Origin: an uncultured Aminicenantes bacterium
Lineage (GTDB): Bacteria; Acidobacteriota; Aminicenantia; UBA2199
Reading direction: 5' to 3'
NCBI GenBank assembly: GCA_965195285.1
Contig: CBDAFS010000053.1
Coordinates: 1-43,698, forward strand
Length of the DNA: 43,698 nt
The notes under the pieces are model-generated. The model saw only the letters and a list, made by a program, of their open reading frames with translations, was not told the origin of the DNA and did not search any database. Made by a program: the position numbers and the translations under genes. Shown here piece after piece: positions 37,840-43,698 of the stretch (within the stretch, counting starts at the first letter, position 1; each line of letters opens with the position of its first letter).

Positions 37840-38703
37840 TCAAAATTTTTTTACTACCTTTAAAAAATCATTAAACGACGCATTTAAATATTTTTCATAT
37901 GCAATCTTACCATTTACAGGTGGTTTTGTGTAATCATATAATGGTAAATCTCTATAAAATTCATACCCAAAGGTTTTCTTAATTCCAATTGTCAAATCCA
38001 TGAATAATCCAAATCTTGAATGCTGACTCTTATATATATCCCATATTTCTTTTACATATTTAAATTCTGATTCCGATAGTTTATTACAAACAGTATCAAG
38101 ACCAGGGTAAATACTTCTGATTCGAAATGGAAATATTGATGATTCATATGCATTATATAGAGGAAATTCAATGATTTCATTTTTTAATCCCAATATTTTT
38201 ATAGATCTAACAGTTATGAAATGACAAATATCATGATCAATATGACCTCCTTCATATGCTGGAATATAAACAATCGAAGGTTTATATTTTAGTAAAATAT
38301 CCTCTAATTTCTCCTTAATCTCATTTGGATATTTATAAGTCTCTCCATCAGGCAAATTCAAAAAGCACAGGTTATTCAAAGAAATACCGATTAATCCCAT
38401 TGCATTTTTTGATTCACTTATCCTTTGTTTTCTATAATCTTCACCATCCGATATTGAGTGAGAAGTCCAAACAATTTTTACATCTGCCCCATTTTCTAAA
38501 TGTTTTATCAATCTTGAAAGAATAAATACCTCATCATCTTGATGAGCAACAACAAGTAGTATCTTTTGTGCTTTAATGCTATTTGATCCAAAGGTCTCCT
38601 GTTCTAAAAAGCAGTTCTTTTTCTGAATTCTAAAACAATTTTGATTAAAAAATATTACAAAAATAACTATAACAATAGGAATAATTTTTATATTCTTTCT
38701 CAT
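37840..38703 (-). CDS. PIG-L/LmbE-family deacetylase, probably exported
   Basis: VAHQDDE, RISESKNA, FLNLPDG and EGGHIDH. Hydrophobic N-terminus followed by a Cys (possible lipoprotein). Confidence 0.85.
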   Translation of the reverse strand: MRKNIKIIPIVIVIFVIFFNQNCFRIQKKNCFLEQETFGSNSIKAQKILLVVAHQDDEVFILSRLIKHLENGADVKIVWTSHSISDGEDYRKQRISESKNAMGLIGISLNNLCFLNLPDGETYKYPNEIKEKLEDILLKYKPSIVYIPAYEGGHIDHDICHFITVRSIKILGLKNEIIEFPLYNAYESSIFPFRIRSIYPGLDTVCNKLSESEFKYVKEIWDIYKSQHSRFGLFMDLTIGIKKTFGYEFYRDLPLYDYTKPPVNGKIAYEKYLNASFNDFLKVVKKF

Positions 38704-38774
38704 AGTTTTTTATATCAAAATAAAGAATTTGAGTAAATAAATTTTAGAATTAAATAAATTTTACTGTTTCCATT

Positions 38775-39845
38775 CTATACAATATTATCAATAATTATAC
38801 CACGTAAATATTCAAATTTATCACTTACTAATAGAATTGCTAAAGCAGTATCTATTATTCCACTTCTTCCTTTATTCCATGGCTTTCTTATATCAAAATA
38901 GTTATATTTATTTTGACTCTCATTTAGTTTAAGTAAATGAAGCTGAATATAATACCGCGGAAGACTAAATACCCAAATTCCAATAATAACCAAAACCGGA
39001 TAGGCAATTTCAATCATAAGGCTCTTTTCTTTTATGTTGATCATCCAGGTAAAAATATTAAGAGATAAAAACAGGACCAATATTTTAGATATAACAATAA
39101 TATTACAAAACAGTTCAAAAAAATCTTTCACCCTATCTTCATCTGACCAAAATTTCAATTTATCTTTGTCTTTATTCTCTATCATTTCCTTTAAATTATT
39201 TGCAATCTTAATAGAATATGAAAAAAGTCCAAAATGAAAAAGACCAATCCAAGTTAAAAACCCCATTAATGTAAATGTAACAACAACATAATATAATCCA
39301 GTAAAACTTAATTTTGGAACCAAATTAAACCAAAACAAAAACTTGTAATTAGTGGTCTCTGAAAAATATCCAATTGTTACTAAAGAGCTGGAAGTTATGA
39401 TAATAATATATGGAAAAATGGATTTAGTAAGTTCAATTATAGAAAATTTTTCTCTCGAATTTGAGTTATCTAAAAACCTTGAATTTACATTTAACTTTAA
39501 TATTTTTGAGATAAACTTTAGGCCGATAATAAGATAAAACTCACATATTATTGAATAGTTCAAAATATTTACCCAATCTTCTGAAAACATTTTTGTTTTC
39601 ACAACATTATCCTGCAAAAACACATTATCAATAGAAGTGAATAAAATTTGTAAGAATAAGATAAAGAAAAATCCTATTAAATAAACTTTTACATAATTTA
39701 TCCTTTCTAATTGATGTTGAAGAAGTTTAAAAGAAGGAAACCTCGGTACAAACCAATCTGATATTATTTTCCAATTTTTGATTGCTTTTTTTGAAGATGC
39801 AATAAGATTACATATTCCTGTGCTAAAATATTGTCTATTATTCAT
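38775..39845 (-). CDS. Hypothetical multi-pass membrane protein
   Basis: 356-aa ORF in very AT-rich DNA with about 6 hydrophobic segments and no recognised motif. Confidence 0.65.
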   Translation of the reverse strand: MNNRQYFSTGICNLIASSKKAIKNWKIISDWFVPRFPSFKLLQHQLERINYVKVYLIGFFFILFLQILFTSIDNVFLQDNVVKTKMFSEDWVNILNYSIICEFYLIIGLKFISKILKLNVNSRFLDNSNSREKFSIIELTKSIFPYIIIITSSSLVTIGYFSETTNYKFLFWFNLVPKLSFTGLYYVVVTFTLMGFLTWIGLFHFGLFSYSIKIANNLKEMIENKDKDKLKFWSDEDRVKDFFELFCNIIVISKILVLFLSLNIFTWMINIKEKSLMIEIAYPVLVIIGIWVFSLPRYYIQLHLLKLNESQNKYNYFDIRKPWNKGRSGIIDTALAILLVSDKFEYLRGIIIDNIV

Positions 39846-40233
39846 GCAATTTAATATTTTTAAATCTCAACAATAATTTTAAAGTCACTATTATCCATAC
39901 CATTCTGTGGATAAGGTCTTTCCGCATGATTATCAGATCTCTTAATCCTTCCATGTCTGCAATGAATAGTTAATTCACTATTCTCTTTCAAACTCAGATC
40001 CCTACACCACTTTTGGCAAATAAATTAATAAGAAATTGTTATATTATATTACATGCTTCAAAGTCAATAGTAGCTGTTCTGTTATATAAATAAAAAAATA
40101 AAGAGTGACAATGTTTAATTTTTTGAATTTATCAAGATTTTGGTAGATTCAGTTGGTTAAATCAAATATGGAAATAATGTTAAGGGGTGGATTTGAAATG
40201 AATAATGATCGGATAATATTTGATGAAAAAAAA

Positions 40234-40281
40234 TGGAGCTGAAGGGGATCGAACCCTCGACCTTCTGAATGCCATTCAGAC
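40234..40281 (-). repeat. att-like exact duplicate of the 3' 48 bp of tRNA-Ala (anticodon arm to discriminator)
   Basis: TGGAGCTGAAGGGGATCGAACCCTCGACCTTCTGAATGCCATTCAGAC is identical to 43569-43616; the 5' part of the tRNA is absent. Confidence 0.93.
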
Positions 40282-40628
40282 TTAATTTTAATTACAAAGC
40301 CACAAAACCCTTATTGAGAGAGGGTCCCCGGGAATACCCGGAGAAAAATTGAGCAAAAATGGTAAAGAATTTATGGCCCAAATATGGACCACCCTAAATT
40401 ACAGGAATTTATGTTTCAAAAAGATTGATTCAGCAAGTGTGAGTGCCTACCAAGTTTGAGGATTCTTAGTTCTCTCTTTACACTATTTAAAATTAAAATT
40501 CCTGTTGAATTATCATAATTTAAAAATGTCATTTTTTTGAAAATCAATTATTAAAAATCTATTTTATTGATATTTCTTTTTTAATTTAATAAAATATTTA
40601 TTAATATTAATTGTTAACCTTAATAAAA

Positions 40629-42524
40629 ATGAAAAATACCCTTTCATATATTATAGAGATAATTCATTTGTTCGAGGAAGTATGTTTATGTGAACAAAAT
40701 GATTTTGGCAAATTACTAGAGCTTAAGAAATCATATTTTGATTATTCTGAGAGAGTGAGAAAATATCATCTTTTTTCAAATGAGCTTAATAAAGATGAAA
40801 TTTCTTTTTTAAAGAACAGGAAAATTAAAAATTTTCAGGAGGAATTAAATTCTCTACACTTATTAATAAAGAAGCACTTCACTTTTGAAATAATGCCACC
40901 AGTGATATCTTATCCATTCCACACAATAGAATATTTTATGACTCGGTTTGACATTGCGAATATCAAGCACGAAAAAAAGAGTGGGAGATTGACTACTAAA
41001 TATGAACGTGCACTGGAAAAGAGGAGTATTATACATAAAACTAAAATAGCAAGCAAAAATGAATTTGATAGTAAATTAAAGGAGTTAAAGAAAAGACTAT
41101 CAGAATTAAAATCTTTTAAACCTAGTGCACAGAATCGAGTTCTGAAAAAAGAAAAGGATTTGTTAGAAAAAGCAATATCTAACCCACTTGAAAACTACAA
41201 ATCAGTAGTCGAATCTAATTTCTTTGAAATCAAACATAATTTTCTTTGGTATAACAAGGAAATTCGACTGTATTTAATCGATTCCACGTTTAAAGATACA
41301 CTCAATCTATTGATCAATATTTATTCATCAAATTCTTTCAAAATTATAATCTACCCATACAAATTGCGAGTTTATACCATTGAATACAGCAATGAAGAAA
41401 TCGCAGAGGAAAAACTGTACACATCATACATCGGTACAAGATTGAATGAATTGACCAATGATACTGGATTATCAATAATCAAAGATATAAATCCTTTCGA
41501 AGAAGCTCTTGATATGTACTGGCATACTAGCAAGCTTGCAGAGAGGAAATTGTTGACCAAGGCAATTTTCCAGATTTTGGGATATGATGTCCAAGATTTC
41601 GTTAAGGACGATAATATACTCAAGTTATCGGCTATGAAGCTTGAAATCGAGAAAAAAACAACTAATATTGGGACTTTCGACAACGCTAAGATAGCGTATG
41701 ATAAAAATATTTATCTATTAGTACATGACAAGTATTCCATAAACGAAAAAGTAATCAAAGAGATTAAAGCCACTTTCAGAAAAGCTGGTATTAGGAAAGC
41801 TGACCTTTGGACAATAGGAACTCCGAACAAAAGACCTAATAACTTCCTTAATAAATATATGATTAAAGTATTTCGAAATGAAGAACTCATATCACTTCTA
41901 TTAAACAGCCATCGGATTAATCTGATTGTTCCCATTCTTATTAATGGAATCAAAAAGAAAGACAATCAAAAACTTTTATCGATAATAGCAAAAAAAATTA
42001 AAGGCTCGGAGATATTAAATAGCCTTGATAATCTAAATATGGAAGTAATTACTTGGAAACATTTTCAAGATTTTATGGAGTCAATTTTCAAGTTTTTATT
42101 TTCTGAGTCATTCAAGCACTATTTTGCTAAGCCTCAAGCTGAAGAGTATAATGGTATAAGAAAACCTGATTTGGTTATTCATAATCTTAATCCTTTAGTT
42201 GACTTTTGGAAACAAAGAAAATCTGATCAAAAAGCAATTAGAGTAATTGTAGATTTCAAAAATTATTCCGATAAAATTGATGGATCAACAATAGATGATA
42301 TTGCTAAATATTTGAACAAAAAAAGAGGAAACTTTGCTATTATTATCACTAAAAAAGGTGTTGATTCAAATGGATTAAAGAGACAAAAACATTTATATTT
42401 CGATCATTCTAAATTGATCATAACAATTAATACAATTGATATCAAAGAAATGATAAGTTTCAAAGTAAACGGCCAAGAACCTGAAGAAGTTTTAGAAAAG
42501 AAAATTGGAGAATTAGTATTTTAA
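40629..42524 (+). CDS. Large protein with a C-terminal PD-(D/E)xK restriction-endonuclease-like domain (candidate defence gene)
   Basis: C-terminal FQDFMESIFKFLF..KPDLVIHN..FW..IVDFKNY..GNFAIIITKKG resembles Mrr-like nuclease domains. The N-terminal region is helical. Likely start is ATG 40629. Confidence 0.65.
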   Translation: MKNTLSYIIEIIHLFEEVCLCEQNDFGKLLELKKSYFDYSERVRKYHLFSNELNKDEISFLKNRKIKNFQEELNSLHLLIKKHFTFEIMPPVISYPFHTIEYFMTRFDIANIKHEKKSGRLTTKYERALEKRSIIHKTKIASKNEFDSKLKELKKRLSELKSFKPSAQNRVLKKEKDLLEKAISNPLENYKSVVESNFFEIKHNFLWYNKEIRLYLIDSTFKDTLNLLINIYSSNSFKIIIYPYKLRVYTIEYSNEEIAEEKLYTSYIGTRLNELTNDTGLSIIKDINPFEEALDMYWHTSKLAERKLLTKAIFQILGYDVQDFVKDDNILKLSAMKLEIEKKTTNIGTFDNAKIAYDKNIYLLVHDKYSINEKVIKEIKATFRKAGIRKADLWTIGTPNKRPNNFLNKYMIKVFRNEELISLLLNSHRINLIVPILINGIKKKDNQKLLSIIAKKIKGSEILNSLDNLNMEVITWKHFQDFMESIFKFLFSESFKHYFAKPQAEEYNGIRKPDLVIHNLNPLVDFWKQRKSDQKAIRVIVDFKNYSDKIDGSTIDDIAKYLNKKRGNFAIIITKKGVDSNGLKRQKHLYFDHSKLIITINTIDIKEMISFKVNGQEPEEVLEKKIGELVF

Positions 42525-42599
42525 TAAAAGTAGATAACAATTTTGTACGTAGCCACAGGTTTGAATTTTTTATCCAAAAATTCCAGGGACACTATAAGT

Positions 42600-42803
42600 G
42601 GGGTCAGGTCTAAAGAATAAAGATTTGTCGATAATGTTTTTCATTCCAATACTCGATGTCGAATTTCCATATTCACTCTTTCTACTATTCTTTATTTTTA
42701 CAACTCATTCCTTTCACCCCTATCAAATAAAACATCCCAATTAAATGGGAATCCTCAAAAATGTTGGGAACAATTGATATCTTTATTCTTTAGACCTGAC
42801 CCC
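42600..42803. mobile_element. 204-bp MITE/REPIN-like element, copy 2 (same orientation as copy 1)
   Basis: Same 25-bp terminal inverted repeats; shares the outer flanks ATAAGT and GATCATT with copy 1. Confidence 0.85.
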
Positions 42804-42846
42804 GATCATTTTGTCAGCTTTTCAAACCAAAAATGCCAAAAACAAC

Positions 42847-43464
42847 CTACAACCTTTCTAAATTCCAAGTACCTGTTGATCCAGTAAGTGCCCAGGTCCA
42901 GGTACCATTCATATGGTTTTCATCAGTGAGTGTGCCGCTGCAGGTGAGGTTGGTGTTATAGGGGGCCGGATACTCTAATACAAAATCAATCTGAGGCCAG
43001 ACCAGGGTCCAGGTTCCGGCTCCGCCGATGGGCACAAAGTCAAATTCTCCACCACAGGTTCCCGAACCCGAATTACCACTGAAGTCAACCCGGAAAAACG
43101 TATCCGATCCCATGTAATTAAATCTTCCCGTCCAGGTATCTCTGATATCGATCTGGTCAGCGCTAACACTCAACACATGGTTGCCGGTAACGGTGACCAC
43201 TCCGGTTGCGCCCATGGGGGCTCCGTCCAGGGTCACCACCAGGTTGGTATAGCCGGCCTGCAGCGAATAGCTGTAGTTGACCACACTGTTTTCCACATAA
43301 CTGTAAGCTCCGGTAGTCGGGGTACCACCAACCCCGCTGCCGACAGTAACTGTCAATGTATACTGTCCATTGCCATTGTCATCCCCGTTAGTCGGACATC
43401 CGGTAAAAAATACCAGTCCCAGCACCAGGAAAAAACCTGCCAAGATAATTGTTTTTTTACTCAT
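42847..43464 (-). CDS. Lipoprotein paralog C
   Basis: FFTG-C lipobox and RBS GAGGAGG; collinear with paralogs A and B. Confidence 0.8.
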   Translation of the reverse strand: MSKKTIILAGFFLVLGLVFFTGCPTNGDDNGNGQYTLTVTVGSGVGGTPTTGAYSYVENSVVNYSYSLQAGYTNLVVTLDGAPMGATGVVTVTGNHVLSVSADQIDIRDTWTGRFNYMGSDTFFRVDFSGNSGSGTCGGEFDFVPIGGAGTWTLVWPQIDFVLEYPAPYNTNLTCSGTLTDENHMNGTWTWALTGSTGTWNLERL

Positions 43465-43568
43465 GATCCCTCCTCACCATAAAATATATGCTTTTTTTAA
43501 AGAAAAAGTCAATAATATAATGCACAAAAATTAAAAATCCGGAACATATGGAAAGAGGGAAGGAAAAA

Positions 43569-43641
<73 letters not shown>

Positions 43642-43653
43642 ATTCGAAAACAG

Positions 43654-43682
43654 TTTATACCATATTTTACCGGTTAAATCAA
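43654..43682 (-). promoter_or_regulatory. Candidate sigma70 promoter of the tRNA
   Basis: Minus strand reads TTGATT-17 nt-TATAAA with an extended TG. Confidence 0.5.
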
Positions 43683-43698
43683 CCGATCAGGAGAGGAG

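Larger units (their letters stand above)
37417..42810. mobile_element. AT-rich accessory island next to tRNA-Ala, bracketed by the 204-bp direct repeats; no integrase or transposase gene
   Basis: Visibly lower GC than the flanks, direct-repeat borders and an internal att-like tRNA fragment. Confidence 0.7.

Noticed and set aside
39838-40020. Short minus-strand reading frames upstream of the membrane gene (38-aa MEGLRD... and a startless frame of about 50 codons)
   Set aside because: No clear SD or recognisable motif; could be pseudogene debris, but unsupported.
40234-40281. Second functional tRNA-Ala
   Set aside because: It lacks the 5' acceptor strand and D-arm, so it is an att-like fragment.
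37417-42810. CRISPR array or integron cassette array
   Set aside because: There are only two long repeats 5 kb apart, with no short regularly spaced repeats, no attC-type RYYYAAC..GTTRRRY structure recognised, and no cas or intI gene.
35991-43464. Diversity-generating retroelement acting on the lipoprotein paralogs
   Set aside because: No reverse transcriptase in the window. All three copies are full genes with promoters, and the differences are not adenine-specific and include indels.
127-43482. Numerous short antisense or alternate-frame ORFs in the track (e.g. 3501..4040, 9973..10641, 21128..21670, 36189..36689, 36936..37307, 43177..43482)
   Set aside because: They are shadows of well-supported genes. 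The similarity among the three ORFs antisense to the lipoproteins simply mirrors the paralogy.

Overview
This 43.7-kb bacterial window appears to come from a diderm organism. The gene style (Oar-like TonB receptor, PDZ/GAF/PAS kinase, lptB-rpoN-hpf-ptsN-hprK-PTS cluster) is compatible with Acidobacteriota/Aminicenantes, but that is inference. Positions 1-35.9 kb are mostly core and envelope genes: two DUF4097 proteins, a TonB-dependent-receptor-like barrel, two PAP2 paralogs, M23 and M14 peptidases, an HtrA-like protein with a broken catalytic triad, a KamA radical SAM enzyme, dGTPase, LPS genes, an rpoN/PTS operon, pcm, a sigma54 two-component system, rluB and efp. The most unusual part is 35.9-43.7 kb, downstream of a minus-strand tRNA-Ala(GGC). 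It holds two extra copies of the tRNA 3' end (48 bp and 16 bp) and three mosaic, individually promoted lipoprotein paralogs with a variable C-terminal domain. It also holds two near-identical 204-bp non-coding elements with perfect 25-bp GGGGTCAG terminal inverted repeats. These bracket about 5 kb of AT-rich cargo (a PIG-L deacetylase, a membrane protein and a restriction-endonuclease-like gene), with further GTCCC/GGGAC short inverted motifs at the cargo edges. No integrase or transposase is encoded in the window. All product calls come from motif recognition by eye; no database searches were run.
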